Source of the DNA: Lama guanicoe
Taxonomy: Eukaryota
NCBI GenBank assembly: GCA_013239625.1
Contig: MU053934.1
Location: 2,870,399-2,934,398 of the forward strand
Length of the DNA stretch: 64,000 nt
Direction of reading: 5' to 3'
Each line of letters opens with the position of its first letter. Position 1 is the first letter of the stretch. The translations under genes and the position numbers were made by a program. Below are positions 23,501-34,800 of the stretch, piece by piece. The notes under the pieces are model-generated. The model was not told the DNA's origin. It worked only from the letters and a program-made list of their open reading frames with translations, and did not search any database.

Positions 23501-26500
23501 AACACCTCCACAGAGACCAAAGAAAGCATATCCTCTACCCCTAAGGACTAAATCCAGCTCAAGCCAGTATCTCCACCCCTTGAAGGCTCTCCCTCCCTGG
23601 CCCACCTCTTGCAGCCTGGACACCCTTGGGGCCCACTGTCCACACAGGGGGCCACCTTTCCCCAGGGACCCCAGGCCTCACCGTGCTGCATCAGAGTAAC
23701 GATGAGCTGGGTGCCCAGAGGCCAGTCTGGTTGGAATGAGAAGTAGTCAGAGTCAGCAAGGGCAAAACTCCAGTAGGGAATGACGCATCTTCTGGGCACG
23801 CAGCTGGGACAAGGGTCGTCTACTGAGGGCATGTCATCACTGAGATCGCAGGACACTGGCTGTGGAAGGTCCCTGCGGTGGCGGGGTGGGGGGGTACAGA
23901 TCAGCTCAGAGTGAAGAAGAGTCACTCATTCATAAACGCTGCTGAATGTTTCCCAAGTGCCATGTTTTGCCTGGGGCCAGGGTGGGGCTGGCAGGGAATG
24001 AAACACTCAACTCCCTGCCTAGGGAGCTGACTTCCTGGTGGAGGGAGACACACACAGGAAATAATGGAAAAAACTATGTCATAGGTCAAATGGAGAAAGC
24101 TTTCTGTAGGTAAGTCCAGCAGGGAAGGCGGAGGCAGGGTGCAACTTGAAATGCGCAGTCAGGGAAGGTGGCATCAGCCGGTGATGTGAGCGCTGGAACA
24201 TCCCGCCGAGCTGAGTCAGGGGTATCGGGTGAGCAAGCAAAAGGGATCAACTGGGAGGCCAGAGTGGCACAAGGCACCCCTAGGAGCAACTGTCCCAAAG
24301 TCAAGTGGAGCACGATGGCATCGCCTGTGCCAGGTGATGCAGATGGGTTGGGTAAAGGAGGCTGAGAAATGACCTTTACGCTCAGCAACGTGAGAACACA
24401 GGTAATCCTGACAAGGGAGGCTGACTGACGTGGTGGGAGTGAAATCCTTACTGGATGGGTTCTTGGAACCCCAAGGGAGAGGCCTTGATGTGAAGAGAAG
24501 CAGAGGACAAGGGTGGGGGGTGTGGTCAGGAGGCCCCCGAGCTGCAGCCTGGCTGGCATCTGTAAGTAGATCCTGGGAGAGGGCCCGTCAATGACAAGGA
24601 GACTGGGGACTGCGGTGGCTGCTATGTCCTTGGGCAGCAAAACCAGGTGGGAGCTGGGCTACAGCCTCACACAGGCCTGGGACAGGTCATCACTGCTGGA
24701 CGGATTCAGGGAGGTGGCAGACTATGGGTGGAGGCAGTGGGGGTGGGGTGGGACCTTCTCTTCTGGGGGTGTCTGTTGTCCCAGTGCAGGAAGGAGTGGT
24801 CATAGCTGGAGAGGGAAGGTGGGGGTGGGGGCTGAGGACAGTGGACAAGGAAGATGGAGGCCCCCACGAGAGCAGGACAGAGAGCAGAACAGTGATGATG
24901 CTGTGAGGTGAGAGCAGCTCCTTCCCCAGGGCGGCCTCCAGGGGCCTCCCCCACCCTGTGATGCCCGCTGCTTAATTGCTTCTATCACAGTGAGTTAGAC
25001 TCTCCCCAAACCCCAGAATGGTGCAGGGCGCCCTCCCAGGTGGGGTGTGCCCCCCGGAGACCTCGTGAGGAGCAAGGAGAAGCCCCACACTCTGGAGGTG
25101 ACAGGGCCTGGGGGAGACGAGGACACAGGGGCTGGTCCCACTCAGCTGCTCCCCCACCGTGTGGCCGGGGGTGGCGGGGAGGGACTTCACCTCCAGGAAC
25201 TCGGTTTCCTCATGTGTGAATTGGGCATCACATCCCTGCCCTGCCTGCCTCACAGGGAGGATGAGCAGAGACTGACTCTGCAGGGTGATTCTGTTAAATT
25301 GTGACACAACAAGGGATTGTCACCATCACCAACATCAACAATATCAACACCGAGACCCCAACAGCAGACGCCAGCCCCCCACCTGGCAGGCCGCCTGGTG
25401 GAGCAGGAGCCCCTGGGCAGGGGCCTCCCCACAGTGCCCTCCGTCCAGCCCCAGCCTGGGCACAGCCCCCCGCAGCAGCGCCCCGCCTGCCCTGCGCCTG
25501 GGGCCCCACATCACCCACTCGTCCAGCCTGCGGTAGAGGGTCACGTTGATGAGCCGCTGGGCGTCCTGGGTGTCCGCCCACGTGCAGATGATGCGGCTGG
25601 TGTAGTCATTATGGCAGCGCAGGGTCTGCAGTGGGACCGTCCCTGACGGGGGAGAGGCAGGAAGGCGGTCACACCCCCTCCAGATGCCCCTTGTCACCGC
25701 CCCTCCCAGCACCTCGTGGGTGCCTGGCACTGGGGCGGGGTCTCCCAGAGTCCCGTGGATGCTCCTGACTTCCAGGCAGAGGTCCCCGGGGCCCTGGGAG
25801 GGGCTGGGGGCCCTGCAGGTGGGAGGGTGCCAGTTGTGGACCCTCCTGGCTGGACAGAAACACAATATTCTAGTTGATTCACAGCACGTTTCCGAGCCCC
25901 TGCCTTGCCCTGCCCCTGGAACAGGGTCCCCGCACCCCGGGATGGAGACGGGCCTCAGGCACAGGCCCTGCCCCGGGACCCCTCGGTGCAGCCTGGGAGC
26001 GGAGGCACAGACCCACCCCTCAGACCCCCGCACCCAGGGGCAGGGCCTCCTCTGGGATCTCGGCTCCTGCTCTCTTGGTCAGAGCTGGGAAAGGGAGTGT
26101 GGTTCCCACAGTCACCAGAGGAGCCAAGTTCTCTGGGAGCCTCTGGGGAGGGAGGTTCACTGGCCTGAGGAGCCCAAGGAGCCTCCAGGCAGGAGGAGAG
26201 ACCCCCCCTAGGCTGAGGGTCCCCAGAAGCAAAGGCACAGGGGTGGAAACAGGTCAAGACCTTCAGGGGAGCAGTATGTTTTGCAGGGAAGGAGGGGCAG
26301 AGAAGAATGAGCAGGAGGGAGGGAGGAGGGAAGAGGGGAGACCAAGGGAAGATCAGGAGAGAGAAGAAATGAGGGAGGGGAGGGGCGGGGATGGGGGAGG
26401 GCAGACTGGAGCCCTGGGGTCTGGGAGCTTCCTGGGGGCTGAGGCTCAGCAGTGAGGAGGGGTCCGGGAGGGATTAGCGATCGGCTCACCTTGGTCCCCT

Positions 26501-26565
26501 GCCAAGCTGGGCCCCCAGCAGAGCGCCAGCAGGGCGATGGGGAGCAGCTGGCGGGTCAGCGCCAT
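10749..26565 (-). CDS. CSF2RB: Inverted CSF2RB paralog (beta-c-like receptor); open spliced ORF of 792 aa (890 aa if both exon 7-8 copies are used), C-terminally truncated
   Basis: Exons (high to low): 26565-26490, 25642-25519, 23872-23682, 20544-20393, 20309-20141, 19589-19454, 19292-19135, [18647-18512, 18350-18193], 16041-15902, 14998-14836, 13627-13537, 13311-13254, 12367-12264, 11565-10749. All GT-AG, phases compatible, no internal stop found on manual translation. Confidence 0.9.
12264..12367 (-). CDS. CSF2RB: Paralog exon 13
   Basis: 104 bp, near-identical to 5457-5560 (one R>W). Confidence 0.92.
13254..13311 (-). CDS. CSF2RB: Paralog exon 12 (Box1)
   Basis: 58 bp; [19 protein letters not shown]. 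Confidence 0.92.
13537..13627 (-). CDS. CSF2RB: Paralog exon 11 (transmembrane)
   Basis: 91 bp; [31 protein letters not shown]; acceptor ctggaag|AG, donor gtaagg. Confidence 0.88.
14836..14998 (-). CDS. CSF2RB: Paralog exon 10 (WSXWS)
   Basis: 163 bp; protein identical to + copy exon 10. Confidence 0.93.
15902..16041 (-). CDS. CSF2RB: Paralog exon 9 (domain 4, divergent B-C loop)
   Basis: 140 bp; [47 protein letters not shown]. Confidence 0.93.
17050..17890 (+). mobile_element. LINE-2 fragment in paralog intron 8
   Basis: TTCAACACATCTTGAGGGCCTACTGTGTGCCAGG, GGTGACATTTGAGCAAAGGCCTGAA (L2 3' end motifs). Confidence 0.6.
18193..18647 (-). CDS. CSF2RB: Paralog exons 7 (18647-18512) and 8 (18350-18193), duplicated copy
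   Basis: Same sequence and splice sites as 19589-19454 and 19292-19135. Confidence 0.7.
19135..19589 (-). CDS. CSF2RB: Paralog exons 7 (19589-19454) and 8 (19292-19135)
   Basis: Reverse complement of 291-745, essentially identical including intron 7. Confidence 0.92.
20141..20309 (-). CDS. CSF2RB: Paralog exon 6 (domain 2)
   Basis: 169 bp; [56 protein letters not shown]. Confidence 0.93.
20393..20544 (-). CDS. CSF2RB: Paralog exon 5 (domain 2)
   Basis: 152 bp; [51 protein letters not shown]. Confidence 0.93.
23682..23872 (-). CDS. CSF2RB: Paralog exon 4 (domain 1)
   Basis: 191 bp; [63 protein letters not shown]. Confidence 0.93.
25519..25642 (-). CDS. CSF2RB: Paralog exon 3 (domain 1)
   Basis: 124 bp; [42 protein letters not shown]. 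Confidence 0.93.
26490..26565 (-). CDS. CSF2RB: Paralog exon 2 coding part (signal peptide)
   Basis: GAGATGG Kozak context; [25 protein letters not shown], donor G|gtgag. Confidence 0.92.
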
Positions 26566-27399
26566 CTCTGGGGCCAGCTCTGATGAGCAGGGGCCGGCCA
26601 GCACGAGTGGGTTCTTCTGTGGCGGAGTTGAGGGTCAGACACTCTGTCCGGCTTCCCTCTCCTGGGAGCCTCCACCCCACAGTGGGGATGCTATTCTTCC
26701 CTTTCCAGCCAGGTCTGTGAGTGCTTCCAGTCCTCCGAAATTAGATTCACAGCGTCTTGTTTAGCAATACATGGCCAAACTTTAAGGAAAAAACAGGAAA
26801 ACATTAACATAGAATTTCGTATGAAAGTTATCTTCCACTTTGGAAAAGGGTGAGAAGGAGGACCTGATTGAGATGGAGTTTGCAAAGAGGCAGTGATGTT
26901 TATAGGTACAGAAAATGACCGTGTTTTATATGCCATCAGAATCCACCTTCAACTCACCCTTGGCCCATCTTTCTCTGCGTCTAGGCTAATCCACAATCTT
27001 CGCTAACTCTGACTCTTGACCCAGCTGCTCCTGCACAGCTAAACAAAACCACACCAGTTGGTCTTACTTTAAATTCTTGACTATGGTCCAGAAGGGCTAT
27101 CCATCCCACACTCACCCAGTCCATTCTCTCTCCCAATCTAGGAGGTTATTTCACACCTTCTCCACTCCCCTTACACCTCCAGTTCCAGTGCACCCATTTC
27201 CACTCCCAGCCTCTTCCTGCTTTCTCCCTGGTTGGGAAAATTGATCGGAAAAGGCCTCCGCCCCCTACAGATCGCCGTCACCAGCATCTGCACTCACACA
27301 CTCTGTGCCCTGGCCTATTGCCACCAATAGACTCTCCGTGCTCCCATCCGAAGCCATGTCCTCACCTAGCACACAGGACCCAGCCATGCCTGCCTACTC

Positions 27400-28375
27400 A
27401 AAGACATGACTCCAAAAGTTCTCCGTCCCTCTCTCTCTCCCACAGCATCAGTTTGGGTCTCACTACTGGATCACTCCCTTCAGCTTACAACATGCTGTAA
27501 CTTCTCCCATCTTTAACAACAACAAAAAACCACTCTTTCCTGGTCCCACTTCCCCCCATCATCTCACACCTTATTTCTCTTCTCTTCTTTTCAATAAAAC
27601 TCCTTCAAAATTGTTTGTGTTCAGCTCCATCCATTCTGCCTTTGTGCCTGCTCTGATCAAGATTTTGCCCACTCCAGCTACCACTTCTTACCACCCCCAC
27701 TGCTGACGTCTTCGGCCAAGTCTCCATCGTATCTCATCTAGAATTACAGGGAAGCCTCCCAGCAGTTTCCTGTTTCCATTCTCGACATCATCTATTCACA
27801 ATACGGAAGCCATAAGCAGATGTCAATCTTCAGACAAAAACTAGCCAATGATTTCCCCACTACAGTTAAGGTAAAGGCAAAGTCTTTCCAATGCTTATAA
27901 AAGCTGGCCCCCTATTACCTCTTTGATCTTCTTGTTTATTACTCCCTTCTAGATCACTGCCTCCTGGGGATTCCTCAAACACTCCAGGCCTGCTCTTCCC
28001 TCAGAGTCTTTGCACTGGCTGTTCCCTCTGATTGGAATGCTCTTCCCTTACGGATCCACACACCAAACTGCCTCACCTCTTTCAAGTCTCTGTTCAAGTA
28101 GCACCTTCTCAATGAGACCTTCCTTAACCCACTTCCCTCCTCCTCCACACTCCGGTGGCCCGTACCCTGTACAGTACATTTCATTTTCTAACACACTATA
28201 CAGTATATGAATTTTTGTGTGTTTATTATTTCTCCCTCCCTACTAGCTCCATTTCTTTCGATTGTCTTTCTCTCCCCACGTGATCTGTAAGGATAAAAAT
28301 TTTTGTCTTCTCTTTTCATTGATGTATCTTAAGTACCTAGAATAGTGCTCAATACATATCTGTGGGATAAATAAA
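27400..28375. mobile_element. LINE-2 fragments in paralog intron 1
   Basis: TTTGCACTGGCTGTTCCCTCTGATTGGAATGCTCTTCC...GTACCTAGAATAGTG. Confidence 0.6.
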
Positions 28376-28717
28376 TTTTTAGTATGAGTGATGGGTAAAC
28401 TGTACGTGTAAGTTTTTATACTCATCTGTATGCACAAAATAAGATGTTCAGATTAAACACAAATAAGTAAAAGGAGGAATAATAGATTAAGAGTAGAAAT
28501 CACTGAAATGAGATACAAAAATAATTAGAGAAAATTTAAATGCTGTTTTCTTTTCTCAATAACAAAATTTATATACCTCTAGCTAGGCTAATCAAGAAAA
28601 AAAAGAGAGAGAGAGAGAGATGACACAATTACTGAAGTCAGGAAATAAGTAGTTATCACTAAAGATTCTACAGACATTAAAAAGATAATAAGAAAATGTC
28701 ATAAGAAATTTCATGCT

Positions 28718-28844
28718 TGGGGGAGGGTATAGCTCAAGTGATAGAGTGCATGCTTAGCATGCACGAGGTCCTGGATTCAATCCCCAGTATCTCCTCAAAA
28801 AATAAAGAAATAAACCTAATTACCTCTCCCACCAAAAAAAAAAA
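28718..28844 (+). mobile_element. tRNA-derived SINE (Vic-1-like, camelid type)
   Basis: GGGGAGGGTATAGCTCAAGTG (A box)...GGATTCAATCCC (B box)...AAACCTAATTACCTC, A-tail. Confidence 0.85.
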
Positions 28845-29002
28845 NNNNNNNNNNNNNNNNNNNNNNNNNNNNNNNNNNNNNNNNNNNNNNNNNNNNNNNN
28901 NNNNNNNNNNNNNNNNNNNNNNNNNNNNNNNNNNNNNNNNNNNNNNNNNNNNNNNNNNNNNNNNNNNNNNNNNNNNNNNNNNNNNNNNNNNNNNNNNNNN
29001 NN
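28845..29002. other. Assembly gap (N run) in paralog intron 1
   Basis: Run of n immediately after a SINE poly-A. Confidence 0.99.
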
Positions 29003-29586
29003 GTCATATGATATCTCAAAGAGAAAAAGCATTTGACAAAATTCAACACCCATTGTGTAAGGAAAACAAGAAGCCGGCCAGTCAAGTGGGAATACAAGAG
29101 AATTTCTTCAACCTGAAAAAGGGCACCTATGAAAAAGTTACAATCGCTTTCCCCCAAAGGTTAGTAACAAGGCAAGAATGTCCACGCTCATCATTGCTAT
29201 TCAGCATTTCGCTGAAGGTCCTAGCCAATGTAATAAGTCAAGAAAAAGAAGTAAAAAGCATACAGATTGGTAAGGAAGAAATGAAAGTGTCTTTATTCAT
29301 AGAGGACACTCATGCACTCAGATAATATTAAGAAAACTACCAAAAAAAAAAAGCTATTAGAACTGAGTGAATTTAACAAATTTATGGGATGCAAGGTTAA
29401 TGATACAACATTGGGGGAAATGAATGATTGATGCTCAAGAAGAGTCAATGCCCTTCTACAGCTCTGGAATAACCTCTCAACTCCTAAATGGAGCTCACTA
29501 AGCCACAGTGAACGTTGAGCCTAAATTGGGCAGATCCCCAAGTTCCACCTTTTACATCCCTCTTCCTCTGTCCTCACAACCCCCCA

Positions 29587-29589
<3 letters not shown>

Positions 29590-29630
<41 letters not shown>
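29590..29630. repeat. (AC)n microsatellite
   Basis: About 20 AC units. Confidence 0.95.
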
Positions 29631-29632
<2 letters not shown>

Positions 29633-29981
29633 CTAAATCTATGTGTCAGAGCTGGAAAGGGTCTCAGAGATTGTCAGCTACAATACCCTGATTATAAAGA
29701 TGGGGAGACAGAAGCCCCAAGGTGGGGAGAGAATATCCTCACTGTCACCAAAGCCTTAGTGGCAAAGCAAGGGACAGGAGACAGATATCTGATTTCAGAG
29801 CTCTCTCCTCCAACTCCTCATCCCAATGTCTGCTCAAGAGGCCAAGCCCTAATCACCCAAGTTCCCAGAACACACCTGCTCACTCCACACCCCCCGGCTC
29901 TCCCTGTCCTCTCCATCCCAGACTCCCACCCTGCCCTGCTCCCCACCCCGCCCTACAGCCTGCCCCCGAAACCGGCCATAC

Positions 29982-30036
29982 CTCTTTGTGCCGGGACAGA
30001 CCAACCTCCTGCTGAAGTCTCCAGGCGGCCCGGAGT
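29982..30036 (-). other. CSF2RB: Putative non-coding exon 1 of the paralog
   Basis: Ends ...CACAAAGAG|gtatgg; lies just downstream of a TATA-like box; resembles my recollection of the human CSF2RB 5' UTR; 5' boundary approximate. Confidence 0.65.
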
Positions 30037-30044
30037 CTCTCCAG

Positions 30045-30180
30045 CTTCCTATTTATGCTGACGTCGTTAGGAAACAGAAAAGCAGAAAGAGGAAGCGATG
30101 CCGGCCCTGGCCTGTTTCTGCACAAGCGACTCTTCACGAGATTGCCCAGCTTCTTAGAACTGTGGACGCCGAGATAATCA
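30045..30180 (-). promoter_or_regulatory. Myeloid-type promoter of the paralog
   Basis: On - strand CATAAATAGGAAG (TATA-like plus ETS core). Also CRE-like TGACGTCG (30059-30066), PU.1-type AAAGAGGAAG (30086-30095), GAS TTCTTAGAA (30151-30159) and AGATAA (30172-30177). Confidence 0.65.
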
Positions 30181-30427
30181 TTTTTTTTTTTCCTGAGATG
30201 TGACTTTGCGAATGTTATTCCTTCTGCCAGAAGTATGCCTCCCTTCTACACTTTGTCTCCCTGGAAATCATGCATCCTCTGTCAGGGCATTGCAAAGTAC
30301 CCCCCACGCAGTCGTCCCTGACCCCCCGGGGGGAAGCAGGGGGAGGCGGCTGCAACCCCAGAGCAGGTGAGAACCCAGAGCCACACGGACCTGGCTGGGC
30401 TCCCACCTCCACTACTGCTCAGAGTGC

Positions 30428-30805
30428 GAGGACTATGGCCTAAATTGTGTCTCCGCTCCCCATTTATATGCAACTGTATTGGAGATGGGGCCTTATGGAG
30501 GTAATTAAAATTAAATGAGATCATAAAGATGGGGTTCTTGATCTGATAGGATCATTGTCCTTGTAAGAAGAAGCACCAGAGCACCCTTAATCTCTCTCAA
30601 TCTCTCTCTCTCTTTCTTTCCACCATGTGAGGACACAGCAAGAAAGCGGCCATCTCCAAACCAAGAAGAGAGTTCTCACCAGGAGGAACCTTGGCCAGCA
30701 CCTTGATCTGGGACTTCTAGGCTCCAGGAAGATGAAAAAATTAACCTCCACTGTGTGATCTTCCTAGCCTACGGTATTTTGTTACAGCAGTCCAAGCAGA
30801 TTGAG
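30428..30805 (+). mobile_element. MaLR (MLT1-like) LTR
   Basis: GAGGTAATTAAAATTAAATGAGATCATAAGATGGG...GCCAGCACCTTGATCTGGGACTTCTAGGCTCCAG...TATTTTGTTACAGCAG. Confidence 0.7.
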
Positions 30806-32089
30806 ACAGGGACCTTATGCAAATACCTCCATGTCTCAAGATCCCCAGCTGTTACTTGGAAGTGATCATCTACAAAACTTAAAGGAGCTTTAAATGAATC
30901 ACGTAAGGTGACACCCGGCACGTGATAACCCTCACTCTGTGGTGGCTGAAAGTACTTTCCTGCCCCTGAGCTCCTCCTCTTCCCTGCACCCTCCCACACT
31001 GTCCTATGGACCTCAGGTTTCATGTCCACCCCTCAACCTGGTTAATATCACTTTCCTGGATTGTCTGCACATGGTCCGGCCTGGAGATGTCACTCAGGAC
31101 TCTGTGTGTGGAATGAATGAATGGACGAACAAATGAATGAATGACTCCCTGAGGACAGAGACTCCAAAGCCCATACGTCTCCCTTCTCTCTGGTTCAATC
31201 CAACCAGGTCCAGGGCTGGGCACATGAATTGGGAGCCTCATTTGGAGATAGAATGAGCTGGGTGTGGTGTGTAGACCACAGGGATGGGCATGCTGAGTCC
31301 TGATGTTCAGAATTCAGACACTGGTATCCTGTTTTTTTTTCCTAGGATGGGGAGAAGGGCAAGGAGGAGGAGAGGGAAAGAGTGGGCAACCACTGGCACT
31401 GTCTCCTGGTGGTTCTTTGATTACTTTCCTCCAGGAAGGGCACATCTGGCCAGGAAGAATGTAGAATACCCTTCCTGGTGGGGAAGTCCTGGCCCCAGGA
31501 CAGCAGTTGGGGGTCAGCCAGACACTCGGGGCACATCGAGGCCCCTCTCGGATCCAGCACGCTCTCTGGCACTCCTGCATGTATGTGATCACCATCCTGG
31601 CATGGAGAGAGCGTTCAGGGGTTCAGTGCAGGGCACAATGTGTCTGAGCTGTAATCCTGCCCCTAGCCTTCTTTTTCCACTGAGCTTCCTGGAGCCCCTA
31701 GGCTGTGCTGGCCGTAGGGGAGCTCAGTCTGGAGGTGTGTAGAGCAGAGGGAGGGAGATGCTCCTCAGAGGATTACAGTTCCTCCCTGTTCTCTACCTAC
31801 AGCTACACCGGAAACTTCAAGGCTTGGGGACACCAACACGGGTGCAAGCGCTGCCAGGGATTTCTGCTGCCTGGGAGCTTAGGAAGCTGCACTGCTAACC
31901 CCATCACTCACCAAGAGAGTGCTGAGAGATTCGCACGGCTGGTGCCTTCCCTGGTGGGCAAAGGTGACCCTTAGCCGTCCGGCACCCTGTGTGCCAGGAG
32001 CTGAGTCCCCTGGCCAGGCTGCAATGAGATGGGAACTGGGTAATGGAACACAGGAAGTTATGGAAGCAGAAGCTTCCTAAGACAAACAA

Positions 32090-32700
32090 CTACAAATTTT
32101 AAAACAACAAGTTTATACTTTGTAGCACAGGCAACTATATTCAATATCTTGTAATAACCTATGGTGAAAAATAATATGAAAACAAATATATGTATGTTCC
32201 TATATGACTAAAGTATTGTGCTGTCACCAGAAATTGACACAACATTATAAACTGACTGTACTTCAATAAAAATATATTTTTAAAAATAATGACAGATTTA
32301 AAAATATTACCATTTATAGATATACTAAAATATTAAACAACAAAACATCTAAAAATTAAATGATGAAAAAGGAGCTTTGAGGGAGGTCCTGGGTTTAGTT
32401 ATGAGAATCAACCATAAGATTAATTTGGGGCAATCATTTCCCACCACATGGTTCTGGGAGGTGGTTCCGAGAGAAGCAATGTCCTTTCTTATATATAAAA
32501 TAGATAAATAACAAGGACCTACTGTATAACACAGGGAACTATGTTCAAAATCTTGTAATAACATATAAAGGAAAAGAATCTGAAAAGAAAATATATATAT
32601 ATGTATGTATATGCAGAACTGAATCACTTTGCTGTACACCTGAAACCAACATTGTAAATCAATTACACTTCAATAAAAAATTAAGAAACAAAACAAAACA
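32090..32700 (+). mobile_element. Two short LINE-1 3' end fragments
   Basis: Repeated AGCACAGG(C/G)AACTAT(A/G)TTCAA...CTTCAATAAAAA, the same 3' UTR motif as the 41.2-kb L1. Confidence 0.75.
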
Positions 32701-33999
32701 AAAAACCAATAACAACACCACCACCAAAACAAAAGAGAGAGAAGTGATGTCTTGTAATGAATAGTTAACTGCACAGTTGGAACTGACCTATCTTAGTTCA
32801 AATCTCAGCTCTACCACTTGCTGGCTGTGTGACCTTGGGCAAGTTACTTAGCCTCTCTGTGCTGTTTTTTCTGATGTGTAGAATGAGGATGATAATAGTT
32901 CCTCACTCACAGGGTTATTATAAGGATTGATCAGTACATATGACAGTTGTTATCAGTGAAGGCACAGGTGGGCATCCCGGCCGGTATCTGGAAGGCCTCA
33001 TTTCTCAATCCCTGGACAACAGTCCCTTCAGCCTGGGCCCCAGTCATGCTTCCTCTTTCCATCCCCCTGTTATGGTTAAATAAAGCCTCTAAGCCAAGGC
33101 CTCCTGGCTCCAGAATTTTTCCAAGCCTGCCCTGAGGGGAGAGATTTCCCGGCTATTCACCCTGATAAACACCATGAGATGCTTGGGATAGACTCCATTC
33201 CCCATGTGCAGTGGCTGAAGCTCTAACCCATCCTCATTCTCAAACCATTGGTCTTGGTGACTTTCCAAGTTCCTCCCATTCTCTTTCTGATGGCGAGTCC
33301 TGGGTCTCAGTCAGACAGAGGTGGGAAGAGGAGCTGCCCAGAGGCTGAGGGCGACAGAATACCTTGGTGGAACGTGGAACTTCAGGAAAGGGAACTGATT
33401 GTAAAGGGGGAAGAGGCTTGTGTGTTGGAACATTTAGACTCAAGATAGAGCTGTAGCAATTTTTCTACGTAAGAAGGTCAAACTGAGGTCTCCTTACACG
33501 TGGGCCATTGTGTGCAGGTGAATTCAGGTACAAAGTAAAATGGTGAGATTTATGTGGATTCACAACAGAAATGCTGAGCCCACAGAAAGATGGTTGGAAA
33601 GTCAAGATCTGAGAAGTTGCATGTAGGAGTGTGTTCTCTTTCCTGGGTCCCAGGGCTGAAGCATGAGCCTGGGCCCGGGACTGGCTACCGCCTCCGCACT
33701 GGGAAGCCCTCCTGGGATTGCAGCCAAAATCAGAGCCCCAGCCTGGACTTAGCATCTACTTGGCCATGTGACCTTGCACATGCCTCTCATTGTCTCTCAG
33801 CCTCACTTTGAGGTCTCTTCATCTGTAAAATGTGGGTATCAGACGGCATTCACCAGTCTATGCCCCGAGCCCAGCCCCTGCTGCCCTGGGGACCCTCCAG
33901 CCTTCTCTGTTCTGCTGATAGCCCCACAAGCAGAGCCCAGGGCCCCGAGGAGACCCAAATTAATCATCACCATCCGAAAACACACTTCTAGGATCCAAG

Positions 34000-34800
34000 A
34001 ACAAATCTGAAACGTTACCTGCCAGAAATGAAACATGTCTACAATTTTATTATTATAAATGTGAGTCTCCAAACTTTGAACGCTGACATTTTTCTGGGTA
34101 ATAATAACAATTTTTCAGCACTGTCAGCACCAGATCCCTTCTGGATTTCCTCTCCTACACTCCTGCGATGTTTAATAAACACTCCTTTGGATAGTATCCA
34201 ACCACTGGAAAATATCCCTAATTGTCTGGTGCAACATCATTCAGGTAAAAGTTTCAGGCAATATGTTTCTCGAAGGAGCTCTGTACCCAAGATGGATGGC
34301 TCAGACAGATCCCAAAGCCTTCCTCTTTAACTGCTGAAAATAGTTGGCCGTCTAGAGCAGTCATTTCTATGAGCATTTTGTTTACATTTTAGCCGCCAAA
34401 GACTCAAAACTATGAGGAATGGCCTTCCTCAGGCATTTCTGTGAAGTCTGTAGTTTTGAGGTTTGAATAATGGGAATAAAACATGCTTGGGTGCCTCGCT
34501 TCTCTGGCTTCTTCATCGTCTTGAGCACGTCTGTTTCGAAGATGATTTATTGTGGATGTTGAGCTCAGTTTTGAACTTTTGTGAAATTCGGACGTGGCAA
34601 AGATGACCTTTTGCTTTTAATTTATTCACACAAGATATCAACAATGCTCAAACCGGACCTTTTCTTAAAGGATCTATGGCCTACGTGGAACTAAATCACT
34701 AAAAAAATGAAACTGAAATTTTAAAGGGATTTTGTTCCATGTAAGGAACGCTACCGATCTGAAATTTCTACAGCAACGAGAATTATCATTAAATTTTATT
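34000..34800 (-). mobile_element. Fossil hAT (ZBED/Ac-like) transposase fragment
   Basis: Frameshifted - strand peptides KAKGHLCHVRIS...STSTINHLRNR (BED finger-like) and KMLIEMTALDGQLFSAVKEEGF...YRAPSRN (similar to hAT motif IAEMIALDLQPxSxVxxxGF...YxxPSR); boundaries approximate. Confidence 0.6.

Larger units (their letters stand above)
28430..29410 (+). mobile_element. Old LINE-1 ORF2 fragments
   Basis: EKAFDKIQHP...RQECPRSSLLFSISLKVLANVISQEKEVKSIQIGKEEMKVSLF (RT region). Confidence 0.8.

Noticed and set aside
28718..28795. tRNA-like sequences here and at 39975, 47317 and 58748
   Set aside because: They have SINE tails, A-rich ends and (in one case) a TSD, so they are tRNA-derived SINEs, not tRNA genes
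28717..29325. 202-aa ORF
   Set aside because: Spans an N gap and joins SINE and L1 sequence
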